Part shown: positions 11,991 to 22,632 of the stretch, piece by piece
How positions within the stretch are numbered: the first letter of the stretch is position 1
How the letters are laid out: the number at the start of each line of letters is the position of its first letter
Source of the DNA: Chiloscyllium plagiosum
Taxonomy: Eukaryota
Assembly: GCF_004010195.1 (NCBI RefSeq)
Contig: NC_057753.1
Span: 10,970,421 to 11,016,549, forward strand
Reading direction: 5' to 3'
Length of the DNA: 46,129 bases
Notes under the pieces: model-generated
The model's input: only the letters and a program-made list of their open reading frames with translations
Databases searched by the model: none
What the model was told of the DNA's origin: nothing
Made by a program: the position numbers and the translations under genes

Positions 11991-12211
11991 GAAGAGAAAA
12001 TGAGGTCTGCAGATGCTGGAGATCAGAGATGGAAATGTGTTGCTGGAGAAGCGCAGCAGGTCAGGCAGCATCTAGGGAACAGGAGAATCGACGTTTCGGG
12101 CATTAGCCCTTCTTCAGGAATGAAGAAGGGCTAATGCCCGAAACGTCGATTCTCCTGTTCCCTAGATGCTGCCTGACCTGCTGCGCTTCTCCAGCAACAC
12201 ATTTCCATCTC
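11991..12211. mobile_element. Palindromic Penelope-terminus insert, 91-bp perfect arms, with TSD
   Basis: 12026-12116 is the reverse complement of 12121-12211 with spacer GGAA; flanks CTCATTGCTTGCTGC at 11976-11990 and 12209-12223. Confidence 0.92.
12086..12121 (-). ncRNA. Minimal type I hammerhead ribozyme, intact core
   Basis: Minus strand ATTC-CTGAAGA-A-GGGC-TAAT-GCCC-GAAA-C-GTC-GATT; conserved core bases present, palindromic ACGT in place of stem III, weak stem I. Confidence 0.72.
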
Positions 12212-12289
12212 ATTGCTTGCTGCACCTGTCTGACAACTGGCAGTGACTGGCGCGGAAGGACACTGAGGCCCCTTTGTACTTCCAAAAAT

Positions 12290-12420
12290 CAATCCCGATG
12301 AAGGGCTTGTGCCTGAAATGTTGACTCTCCTCCTCCTTTGATGCCTCCTGACCTGCTGTGCTTTTCCAACGCCACACGTTTCGACTCTGACCACCACCGT
12401 CTGCAGTCCTCACTTTCTCC
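12290..12420 (+). mobile_element. Penelope pLTR fragment with decayed hammerhead
   Basis: CCGATGAAGGGCTTGTGCCTGAAATGTTGACTCTCC...CTGCAGTCCTCACTTTCTCC. Confidence 0.75.
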
Positions 12421-12554
12421 ACATCCCAATATATCACCATTTAAACAATGCACCTCCTTTCTGCTTTTTTTCCCACAACAAAGACTATAAATTCACATTG
12501 TGGTACTGCATTTGCCATGTGTTTATCAATTAAGATACAGACCTGAACCAACAT

Positions 12555-12735
12555 TTCCAGAGTCTGTCCCCTCCCTGGATTCACCTCCTTTCCTTTCAGT
12601 TGCTGCAAGTCAACAAATGAATCCCAGAAAGAAAAAAAGAATGGAAAAGGGGGTGAGAAAAGAAAGCATTGGACTCACAGATGTTGGACAGAGGAAGGAA
12701 GTTAAAGTCTGGAGTGAAGTTCGATCTTCATTCAT
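12555..12735 (-). repeat. Inverted degenerate copy of ZNF 5' exon module
   Basis: ACTCACAGATGTTGGACAGAGG..ATCTTCATTCA is reverse-complement similar to 15173-15234; 12558-12616 resembles 5065-5110. Confidence 0.65.
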
Positions 12736-12767
12736 ATCTCTGATTCAGCTCCATTTCCAGCAGCTTG

Positions 12768-13410
12768 AAGGGAGGCAATGGTATTATTGCTTGTCTGTTA
12801 ATTCAGAGACCCAGGTGATTTCCTGGGGATACAGGTTTGAAACCAGCGACAGCAGATGGTGTAATTTGAACTCAGTAAAATCTGGAAGTAAGAGTCTAAT
12901 GATTAGATTAGATTCCCTACAGTGTGGAAACAAGCCCTTCGGCCCAACAAGTCCACACGATCCTCCAAAGGGAATCCAACCCCCCCTATATTTACCCCTG
13001 ACTAATCCACCTAACACTACAGGCAATTTAGCATGGCCAGTTCACCTAATCTGCATATCTTTTGACTGTGGGAGGAAACCGGAGCACCCGGAGAAAACCC
13101 ACGCAGACACGGAGAGAATGTGCACAGACAGTTGCCCGGGAATTGAACCCAGGTCCCTGGTGCTGTGAGGCAGCAGTGCTAACCACTGAGCCACCGTGCC
13201 ATGATAACTGTGAATCCATTGTCAACTGTTGGAAAAACCTATCTGGCTCACTAATGTCCTTTAGGGAAGGAAACTGATCTGGTCTGGCCTACATGTGACT
13301 CCAGACCCACAGCAGTGTGGTTAACTCTTAACTGCCCTCTGGGCAATCAGGGATCAGCAATAAATTTTGGTCAGGCCAGTTGCACCCTCATCTCATGAAT
13401 AAATTTTAAA
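12768..13410 (+). mobile_element. Older tRNA-derived SINE (SacSINE1-like), split by an HE1 insertion
   Basis: GTGACTCCAGACCCACAGCAGTGTGGTT..CTCTTAACTGCCC core, also at 14270-14360 (+) and about 37510-37740 and 38135-38470 (-); family name from recall only. Confidence 0.55.
12901..13200 (-). mobile_element. Near full-length HE1 SINE
   Basis: Pol III A box (GGTGGCTCAGTGGTTAG) and B box (GGGTTCAATTCCC) on minus strand, AATCT tail, ATGAT duplication at 12899-12903 and 13201-13205. Confidence 0.9.
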
Positions 13411-13618
13411 TACCCTTCGTAAGCAGCTTATCCAGGTCATTGTGCATGGAGGACAACTTCATTGAAATTACACTTAATGCTATCTGGCTCCATGAGGGTT
13501 TTCAGATTTCTGTGTCCTGGATAACATATGATCAGCAGGCATCTGGTAATTTGCAGGAATTTGGCACCTATGTCATGTTCATTCAACTGTAGACTTATTT
13601 TGTGATTTTTTTTCACAG

Positions 13619-14270
13619 GCTATCAGAGAGGAAGACATGCAGAAAGTAATCTGAAACCAAATGATAGATCAACTTCTGACAGAGCCATTTGATTCATTGG
13701 GACTTGAATATCAGTGGGCGGCACACTGGCTCAGTGGTTAGCACTGCTGCCTCACAGCGCCAGAGACCTGGGTTCAATTCCTGCCTCAGGCGACTGACTG
13801 TGTGGAATTTGCATAATCTCCCCGTGTCAGCGTGGGTTTCCTCCCACAGTCACAAAGATGTGCAGGTCAGGTGAATTGGCCATGCTAAAATTGCCCGTAG
13901 TGTTAGGGGTAAATGTCGGGGTATGGGTGGGTTGCGCTTCGGCGGGTCGGTGTGGACTTGTTGGGCCGAAGGGCCTGTTTCCACACTGTAATGTAATGTA
14001 ATCTAATCTAATCAGCAAACATTCAAATTGAATGTTTGCTGATTAGAAATGCTTGTTTCTATCTGCGTGTGAGATTTTGGATACTGGTGCGGCAAGAAGA
14101 ACATTGAGACACAAATACCCAAGTGAGGGAGATTCAGGGCACTGACTGTGAAAGGTGCTTTAACGATTTACTCAGCTTGGGGAATCAAAATCACACCACC
14201 AGAGACTGTGCACCTATTCTGTTTGTAATTTCAGCTGGCCAGCAAACCCAGAGCAACACAAGCCTACACA
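13619..14270 (+). pseudogene. Highly degenerate ZNF exon relic split by HE1
   Basis: Acceptor TTTTTCACAG ending 13618, then sequence paralogous to 16258-16520; relic finger TDCERCFNDLLSL at 14141. Confidence 0.55.
13716..14012 (+). mobile_element. Near full-length HE1 SINE
   Basis: A/B boxes, V-domain core, TAATC tail, ATCAG duplication at 13710-13714 and 14011-14015. Confidence 0.9.
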
Positions 14271-14362
14271 TGACTCCAGACCCACAGCAGTGTGGTTGAC
14301 TCTTGACTGCCCCTTGGACGGGCAATTAATGCTGGCCTAACCAGTGACGCCCTCATCCCACA

Positions 14363-14467
14363 ACGTCGATTCTCCTGCTCCTCGGATGCTGCCTGACCTG
14401 CTGTGTTTTTCCAGCACTACTCTAATCTAAACTCTGGTTTTCAGCATCTGCAGTCCTCACTTTTGCC
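14363..14467 (+). mobile_element. Penelope pLTR fragment
   Basis: ACGTCGATTCTCCTGCTCCTCGGATGCTGCCTGACCTGCTG..CAGTCCTCACTTTTGCC. Confidence 0.8.
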
Positions 14468-14472
14468 ACAGC

Positions 14473-14790
14473 ATCATAGAGTTGAATGGCATGGAAACAG
14501 GCCCCTCAGTTCAATTCGTCCATGCCAACCAGATATCCTAACCTAATCTAGTCCCATTTGCCAGCATTTAGCCCATATCCCTCAAAACACTTCCTATTCA
14601 TATACCCATCCAGATGCCTGTTAAATGTTGTAATTGTACCAGCCTCCAACACTTCTTCTGGCAGCTCATTCCATACATGCACTACCCTCTGCATTAAAAA
14701 GTTGCCTCTTCGGTCCCTTTTAAATCTTACCCCTCTCACCCTAAACCTATGCTCCTCTAGCTTTTGACTCCCTCTACCCTGGGGAAAGAC
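14473..14790 (-). mobile_element. CR1/HER1 3' end
   Basis: HRFRVRGVRFKRDRRGNFLMQRVVHVWNELPEEV in ORF 14548-14811. Confidence 0.85.
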
Positions 14791-14899
14791 ATACAAAACT
14801 TGAGCAGCCACACAAAATGCAAAAAGACTAAAATGTCAAGCCACAGGGAAAAAAAAATAAATTTGTGGCTCGAGCCGTGTTTTCTCCTTTTGGCATTTG

Positions 14900-15234
14900 G
14901 ACACTTCAAATCGCCAAGGGGCATACTGCGCATGCTCCTAGGTGTCAGCAAGCACTGCGCATGTTTGCCGGTGTCAGCAAAGACAACCACGTATGCTCAT
15001 CGCTGTCCGCGGAAACAGACTGTGAACTTCTTTTCATGGACCAATGAGGATGGACGGGAAGGCGTCTGGTCCTCCTGCCAATCAGAGCCAACCCTTTGTC
15101 TCAGTACGGAGGTTGGACTATGAGCTTCTGAAGTTGCTGCTGCTGCTGCTGCTGCTCCTGCTCCTCTCTCTCTGAATGAAGATTGAGCCTCACCCCAGAC
15201 TGCAACTTCCGTCCTCTGTCCAACATCGGTGAGT
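14900..15234 (+). promoter_or_regulatory. Putative promoter and non-coding exon 1 of the 16-finger ZNF gene
   Basis: NRF1-like ACTGCGCATG at 14925 and 14954, CCAAT at 15041 and 15078, raised CpG, (TGC)7 at 15135-15155, donor CG|GTGAGT at 15228/15229. Confidence 0.6.
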
Positions 15235-15369
15235 ACGGCACTCGCCCTCCCTTTTTCCATTTCTTTTCTCACTCCGAGGTTAACTTGCATGAAGTGAAAG
15301 GGAGGTGTGGGGTTCATAGGAACAGAGGGCTTGTTCCAGCTGCTCATGGCATTGGTGACACCGCAACTC

Positions 15370-15880
15370 AAGAATTCCGTTCATTTCTGGGCAATTTCCT
15401 AAAGGAGAGATGTACTGTACTTACATTGGAAGCAGTTTAGAGGAGGTTCACCCCACTGATTCCTGGCATGACGGGGGTTGTCTTATGAGTAGAGGTTGAG
15501 CAGATTGGGTCTCCAGTCACTGGCGTTTAGAAAAATGAGGAGTGACCTTATTTAAACTAATAAAATTCTGATGGTCGACTTGTAAGCACAAGTTCTGATA
15601 AAATGCTCCCTAGAGAATCTAGAACTCGCTTATGCGGATTACAAATAAGGGCTCTCTCATATCAAGTAGAAATGAAGTTATCCTCTCTTGTTAGTTTATG
15701 TAATGCTCCCCTTCAGACAGTAATGGAGATTGGCTCATGGAATGTATTCAAGGCTGAATTTAACATAATTTTGAGTAATAGGGGATATGAAAGGTTATAG
15801 ATAACAGGCAGGAAATGGAGTTAACGCGATAGCAGAACTGACATGATCTTGTGGAATTGCAGAGCAAGCCCCATGAACTG
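15370..15880 (+). mobile_element. Old CR1-type 3' fragment, followed by a Penelope terminus at about 15886-16003
   Basis: LEAV*RRFT..LSYE*RLSRLGL..RSDLI remnants; GCCCGAAACGTCGATTTTCC downstream. Confidence 0.65.
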
Positions 15881-16596
15881 TGATAAGCTTTTGCCCGAAA
15901 CGTCGATTTTCCTGCTCCTCAGATGCTGCCTGACCTGCTGTGCTTTTCCAGCACCACTCTGGCCTAAACTCTGGTTTCCAGCATCTACAGTCCTCACTTT
16001 TGCCTGGCTCACTCCTGTGTCCAGGGCAGGAAGAGGTGATTGTAGCTCTGTCAGTTGACATTTTTCAGGATTTGTAGGAGAATTCAGAGTGGGGATAGTA
16101 TAGCTGCAGCAGTGTAAGAATGGAGGGAGACTGTTGCATGGAGATTCACATTTTTGGGGGGAAGGTGAGAAGGAAGAATGTTCACAAGAACCAGAATTGT
16201 CAGTTTTGAATTTCTATCCTGTTAGATGGTGATGGCTTCTGTAATCTTCTTTTACAGGATTTGAGAAAGGGAGGATTTGCAGCTAGAAATCTCAAAACAA
16301 GATCTTCTGGAGACAATCAATTGATTGGCACGGGAATACCATCAGCCTTTGAATCTTGTAGGATTTTTTATTTCTCTTTCAAAGCAGGAGCCTGCTTCGA
16401 AAGGTTTCAAACATCACTGAGACTGAGGCACACAGACCTGAGTGAGAGTGTCCCAGTGAACTGACTGTGGGAAGAGCTTTAACTTGTCACACAGCCTGAA
16501 ATAGCAACACCTCATTTGCAGCAGCGAGAGACAATACGTAGTGTGTGATCTTTCAGCCGAACATCGAAGCTGGAGAGAGACAAGGATTCCCACGTC

Positions 16597-17946
16597 ATGG
16601 AGAAACCGTGGAAATGTGGAGACTGTGGGAAGGAATTCAAATTCCCGTACTTGCTTGAGAGCCATCGCTGCCATCACACCGGGGAGAGACCATTCATCTG
16701 CCTCATGTGTGGGAAGGCATTCACTCAGTCCTCTGCCTTGCTGACCCACCAGCGGGTCCACACCAGGGAAAGGCCGTTCTCCTGCTCTGTCTGCGGGAAG
16801 CGCTTCAGCGATTCATCTGCCCTGCGGAGACACCGGTGGGTCCACACCGGGGAGAGGCCATTCTCCTGCTCCGTCTGTGGGAAGGCGTTCACCCAATCAC
16901 GCATCCTGCAGAGACACCAGCATGTCCACACCGGGGAGAGACCATTCACCTGCTCCATATGTGGGAAAGGCTTCATTGATTCATCTTCCCTGCTGACCCA
17001 CCAGCAGATTCACACCGGGGAGAGGCCATTCTCCTGCTCTGTTTGCGAGAAGGGATTCAGCTGTTCATCCGACCTGCACAAGCACCAGCGGATTCACACC
17101 GGGGAGAGGCCGTTCACCTGCTCTGTCTGTGGGAAAGGATTCAGCTTGTCATCCAACCTGTACAAGCACCGGCGGATTCACACCGGGGAGAGGCCATTCA
17201 CCTGCTCCGAGTGCGGGAAGGGATTCACCCATTCATCTGCACTGTGGAGACACCAGCGCGTCCACACCAAAGAGCGACCATTCTCCTGCTCCGTGTGCGG
17301 GAAGATGTTCAATAATTCATCCGTCCTGCAGAGGCATCAGCGTGTCCACACCGGGGAGAGGCCATTCTCCTGCTCCGTGTGTGGGAAGGGGTTCAATAAT
17401 TCATCCGTCCTGCAGAGGCATCAGCGCGTCCACACTGGGGAGAGGCCATTCTCCTGCTCAGTGTGTGGGAAGGGGTTTATTGATTCATCTTCCCTGTGGA
17501 AACACCAGCGGGTTCACATTGAGGAGAGGCCATTCTCCTGCTCCATGTGTGGGAAGGGGTTTATTGATTCATCTTCCCTGCAGAAACACCAACCTGTCCA
17601 CACCGGGGAGAGGCCATTCACCTGCTCGGAGTGTGGGAAAGGATTCGCTAATTCTTCTAACCTACTGACACACCAGCGGGTTCACACTGGGGAGAGACCA
17701 TTCATCTGTTCTGTGTGCGGGAAGGGATTCATTGATTCATCTTCCCTGCGGAAACACCAGCACATTCACACCGGGGAGTGGCCTTTCACATGCTCAGAGT
17801 GCGGGAAGGGATTCGCTAATTCCTCCAGCCTGCAGAGACACCAGCGGGTTCACACCGGGGAGAGGCCGTTCCTCTGCTCTCAGTGCGGGAAGGGATTTAG
17901 TCAGTCATCCCATCTGCTCAAACACCAATCCAGTCACACTGAGTAG
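16597..17946 (+). CDS. Intact C2H2 zinc-finger protein, 16 tandem fingers, no effector domain visible
   Basis: 449-aa ORF made almost wholly of 28-aa CxxC-x12-HxxxH units with TGERPF linkers; good start context GTCATGG; candidate acceptor TTCTTTTACAG ending 16257. Confidence 0.93.
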   Translation: MEKPWKCGDCGKEFKFPYLLESHRCHHTGERPFICLMCGKAFTQSSALLTHQRVHTRERPFSCSVCGKRFSDSSALRRHRWVHTGERPFSCSVCGKAFTQSRILQRHQHVHTGERPFTCSICGKGFIDSSSLLTHQQIHTGERPFSCSVCEKGFSCSSDLHKHQRIHTGERPFTCSVCGKGFSLSSNLYKHRRIHTGERPFTCSECGKGFTHSSALWRHQRVHTKERPFSCSVCGKMFNNSSVLQRHQRVHTGERPFSCSVCGKGFNNSSVLQRHQRVHTGERPFSCSVCGKGFIDSSSLWKHQRVHIEERPFSCSMCGKGFIDSSSLQKHQPVHTGERPFTCSECGKGFANSSNLLTHQRVHTGERPFICSVCGKGFIDSSSLRKHQHIHTGEWPFTCSECGKGFANSSSLQRHQRVHTGERPFLCSQCGKGFSQSSHLLKHQSSHTE

Positions 17947-18169
17947 AGAATGTTTGGATTATTTGTGGGTGTGACATGTATTAGTATTCAAGAAGGCATA
18001 CATTCACTGGTCATTTGAGCACCTACCAGGATACACTTACTCATTTGGAACATGCAATGGAGTCAGGACGTATATACGTGTCATGTGAAGAAATCTACCC
18101 CCTGTAAAGATTGGCTCCAGTTTCTCCCTTCCCCACAAAGGATGGTAACATGTCAGGATGGTAACATGG

Positions 18170-19175
18170 TGTGAGATATTGTATTAAAGGTCTTTTTACT
18201 AATCCATTCACAAATACTTTTTTTACTCATTCATAAGTCTTTCCTACCCTGCTCACAAGAGCCCTATATCTAATAATACTGCAATCCCGTTTATTTCATT
18301 TGTAACGCAGTTTCATTCATTCATTCATAAAACTGTGGTTTTGTAGTATATTTTACAAGATAGATTAAATTAAACACCCCTTTCAACGCATTACTGCTTT
18401 TTCATACCTTCAATCCTTATCAGCTCTTGCTACAAAACAGTGTTTAGGTCTATTTCTATATCAAAAGCTGCCTGTGAATAACTGTCAATATCATAATATA
18501 TTCAGAACCATACCATCCTCCACCACCAAGTCTCCACAAAAGATTATAATATTAATCAGCCCTTACCCATCCATGTCTCGGGACCTGAATAGATACAGAA
18601 CATCAAACAGTTTCCCTGACTCGCAGCCACTGTCCCCTTTCAGAAACTTACTATCAAGACTGTGCTTCCATGAAATTGCATGAATGAATGAAACTCACAC
18701 TGGTAAGTAGTAAGTAATTCTGACAACCCAGCTGCAGTAAGCAGTTTAATATCCTTTATTCTTCTATTCAGTGCAGGCAGAATGTCTAATGTATATAGAG
18801 CATATAGGCCTAGTATTTCTACTGACATTTGCTAACTTAAAAGACAAAAGGACTTGGTAATTGTGCAAGCAGACCACACAGACACACTCAATCCTATTGG
18901 GAGTAGCAGCTGGCATTTAGCATTTGTTTAAACCATCTCCTGTTTCCCCAGGACAGAAGTCACCCAAACCTTTGTTTTACCTTTTGTACACAATGTAACA
19001 ACACAGTGGTGGAATTTTAATCTCTGTAAGAACGGTGTGTAAAGAGGCTGCTGTAAGGATGGTATTTCGGGATTCCATCACCACCTCAAACTTGTGCTCC
19101 TTGCAGTTGCTGAATAAAGAGGCTATTTTTCCCACTCATTGATTTTGGTCATTATTTGAACATGATCCCACAACA
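18170..19175 (+). mobile_element. About 1-kb LTR
   Basis: Starts TGTGAGATATTG, ends CCCACAACA, AATAAA at 19113-19118; a diverged inverted copy with the same termini lies at 34050-36029; no TSD seen. Confidence 0.7.
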
Positions 19176-19394
19176 GGAACAGAACGTGCTTGTTCAGTAC
19201 TGAAGGTTGGACAAAAAGGAAAGCTAAAGTTTCTGATGACAGCTTAAAATCCGAGTGGCTTTTGTGAGAAATGCCTGGAGGTATTTGGAAATGGTCAGGA
19301 TCTGGTGACCCACTGAGGTTCCCGGGGTCTGAGCCACACAACAAGTGGCAGGATCGGAGGGGGGGGGAATGTGGACACGGGTAATGTCCCCACC

Positions 19395-19630
19395 ATAGAG
19401 CTGTACAGCATGGACACCGTCTACTCGGTCCAACACATTCGTGCCGATCAGTCCCATTTGTCAAATTTGGCCTATATCCATCTAAACCTTTCCCATTCAA
19501 GTCCCTATCCAGATACCTTTTAAATGTTGTAATTGTACCAACCTCCACCACTTCCTCTGGCAGGTCATTCCATACACACGCCACCCTCTGCATGAAAAAG
19601 TTGCCCCTTTGTTCCCTTTCCCCTCTAGTT
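19395..19630 (-). mobile_element. CR1/HER1 3' end
   Basis: RGNFFMQRVACVWNDLPEEVVEVGTITTFKRYLD. Confidence 0.8.
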
Positions 19631-19821
19631 TTAGACAAGAAAAGGTCAACGAGAGAGAGAGGATGTCACATCTGAAGAGCAGACATGGGGGAGCTATTGA
19701 GCTGGCCTGCTCTTGCTGCTTTCCCTTTTCTGCAGTCAAAACTGCAAGGAGGTGTTCTTTGCTCTGCTGACAGAGCAAAAACAGCTACATCTAACTTCCT
19801 CAATGTTAGATTTTGTTCCCA

Positions 19822-20657
19822 AGTTTGGGTGGAACTGAGAAATAAGAAAGGGATGATCACCTTATTGGGATTGTATTATAGACCCCCTAATAGTCAGCGG
19901 GAAATTGAGAAACAAACTTGTAAGGAGATCTCAGCTATCTGTAAGAGTAATAGGGTGGTTATGGTAGGGGATTTTAACTTTCCAAACAAAGACTGGGACT
20001 GACATGGTGCTAAAGGTTTAGATGGAGAGGAATTTGTTAAGTGCGTAAAGACAATTTTCTGATTCAGTATGTGGATGTACCTACTAGAGAAGGTGCAAAA
20101 CTTGACCTACTCTTGGGGAAATAAGGCAGGGTAGGTGACTGAGGTGGAGAATCACTTTGGGGCCAGTGACCATAATTCTATTATATTTAAAACAATGATA
20201 GAAAAGAATAGATCAGATCTAAAAGTTGAAGTTCTAAATTGGAGAAATTCCATTTTGACGGTATTAGGCAAGAACTTTCGAAAGCTTATAGAGGTTTACA
20301 AAATTATGAGGGGCATGGATAGGGTAAATAGGCAAGGTCTTTTCCTTGGGGTTGGGGAGTCTAGAACTAGAGGGGCATAGGTTTAGGGTGAGGGGGAAAG
20401 ATTTAAAGAGACCTAAGGGGCAACTTTTTCACACAGAGGGTGGTACGTGTGTGGAATGAGCTGCCAGAGGAAGTCGTGGAGGCTGGTACAATTACAACAT
20501 TTAAAAGGCATTTGGATGGGTATATGAATAGGAAGGGGCTGGAGGGATATGGGCCGGGTATTGGCAGGTGGGACGAGATTGGGTTGAGATATCTGGTCAG
20601 CATAGACGGGTTGGACTGAAGGGTCTTTTTCTATGCTGTACATCTCTATGACTCTAT
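19822..20657 (+). mobile_element. CR1 with large internal deletion (endonuclease joined to 3' end)
   Basis: VWVELRNKKG..YYRPPNS..GDFNFP and GASDHNSI, joined near 20285 to EVYKIMRGMDRVN and 3' UTR ending CTATGACTCTAT. Confidence 0.88.
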
Positions 20658-20711
20658 AATAGACTCACCAACGTCTGTGAACAAGCATCCAAATTAAGCA
20701 CAACCCTCTTC

Positions 20712-21600
20712 TCCCCGTATCTGCGTGGGTTTCCTCCAGGTGCACCGGTTTCCTCCCACAGTCCAAAGATGTGCAGGTTAGGTGAATTGGCCATGCTAAA
20801 TTGCCCGTAGTGTTAGGTAAGGGGTAAATGTAGGGGTATGGGTGGGTTGCGCTTCGGCGGGTCGGTGTGGACTTGTTGGGCCGAAGGGCCTGTTTCCACA
20901 CTGTAAGTAATCTAATCTAGTGGCCCCTCTGACCCTCTTCACAGGCTCCACCAATATCCCCACTCACAATGATGGAAGAGCCTGACACATCATTGCTAAA
21001 GATCAGGCTGAACCACTGTGGCTCAGTGGTTTGATCAGCTGCCTCACAGCACCATCGAATCCAGCCTTGGGTGACTGTCTGTGTGGAGTTTGCACATTCT
21101 CCCCATGGCTGTGTGGGTTTTCTTCGAGTGCTCTGGTTTTTTTCCCACAGTGGTTAGCACTGCTGCCTCACAGCACCAGGGACTCGGGTTCAATTCCCGC
21201 CTCGGGCAACTGTCTGTGTGTAGTTTGCACATTCTCCCTGTGTCTGCGTGGGTTTCCTCCGGGTGCTCCGGTTTCCTCCCACAGTCCAAAAATGTGCAGA
21301 TTAGGTGAATTGGCCATGCTAAATTACCCGTAGTGTTAGGCGTAAGGGAATGGGTCTGGATGGGTTGCTCTTCAAAGGGTTGGTGTGGACTTGTTGGGCC
21401 GGGCCTGTTTCCACACTGTAGGGAATCCAATCTAATCCAAAAATGTGCAGGTTAGGTGGATTGTTCTTGCTAAACTACCATAGTTGGGGTAAATGCAGGA
21501 TATTAGGGGTGGGAAATGGGTCTGTGTGGGTTTCTCTTTGGAGGGTCGGTATGGATTTTTTTTTTGGACCAAAGGGCCTGTTTCCATGGTGTAGGGATTC
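20712..21600 (+). mobile_element. Cluster of HE1-type SINE copies and fragments
   Basis: Repeated V-domain cores at about 20765, 21290 and 21440; heads at 21018 and 21148; AATCT-like tails at 20910 and 21425. Confidence 0.88.
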
Positions 21601-22344
21601 TGCCAGATGTGCCAAATGGATGATCCATCTCGGCCTCTTCCAGTGATCCCCAGCATCACAGATACCAGTCTTCAGATAATTCCAGAAGTTTATAAAATGA
21701 TGAGGGGCACAGATAGGGTGAATAGCCAAGGTCTTTTCCTGTTCTGACTGCCCATGCCTGAGCAGGATACAGACAGCTAGCCATGGTTAACGCAGTGGAA
21801 CATAGCTGACAGGAGTTAGACACCTTGGGAAAAATGTTTGCTTAACAGAGTCCTGACAAGTAAAACAACAGTAACTCTGTGGACAGAAGATAACAGAACT
21901 GGGATAGAATGTGCAGCTGTAATTGTTTATGCAGAAAACATAGAGAAGAACATTTCACACCAATTGGATGTTTCTCTGGAATTATTTAATCAATCTGTTA
22001 GAATATTTAAACTTAGTTTTACTTAAGATCCTTCAAATAATTATAGCTTTTGATCCTTACAGATCTATCTACAAAAAAAAATTAATTAAAGCATTAGAGG
22101 AAAAGATTCCAACCGGTTTCAGACAGTAAAAGCAGCTCCATATCATCACAGAGAGGAATGAATCACAGAGACAGAAATTAGCAGACACTAGAACTTGAGG
22201 TGAATGAATACAATATAAGATACCCAAGGATAATGACAGAAGTGTCTGGTAAATATGGTAAGCAACAACGTATTAGCGAAAGAATTCCAACATTAGATGT
22301 AACCACATAAGTTTGTTGGAACGGATCAAAGATCAATATTCTTT

Positions 22345-22632
22345 TGGAGCTGTTCTGGGGCTATTTTCCCTGGGGCATTGGAAGCTGAAGGATCACCTCG
22401 CAGAGGTTTATAAAATCAGGAGGGGCATGGATCGGGTAAATAGACAAGATCTTTTCCCTAAGGTGGAAAAGTCCAGAACGAGAGGGCAAAGGTGAGAGGG
22501 TAAAGAGACCTGAGGGGCAACTTTTTCACGCAGAGTATGTGTATGGAATGAGCTGCCAGAGGAAGTGGTGGAGGCTGGTACAATCGCAGTATTCAAAAGG
22601 CATCTGAATGGGTGTATGTATAGGAAGGGTTT
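22345..22632 (+). mobile_element. CR1/HER1 3' fragment
   Basis: LGLFSL..EVYKIRRGMDRVNRQ..WNELPEEVVEAGTIAVFKRHL. Confidence 0.8.

Noticed and set aside
16597..17946. Assigning a gene symbol such as PRDM9 or a numbered ZNF
   Set aside because: No SET, KRAB or other diagnostic domain; lineage-specific arrays cannot be given orthology by eye
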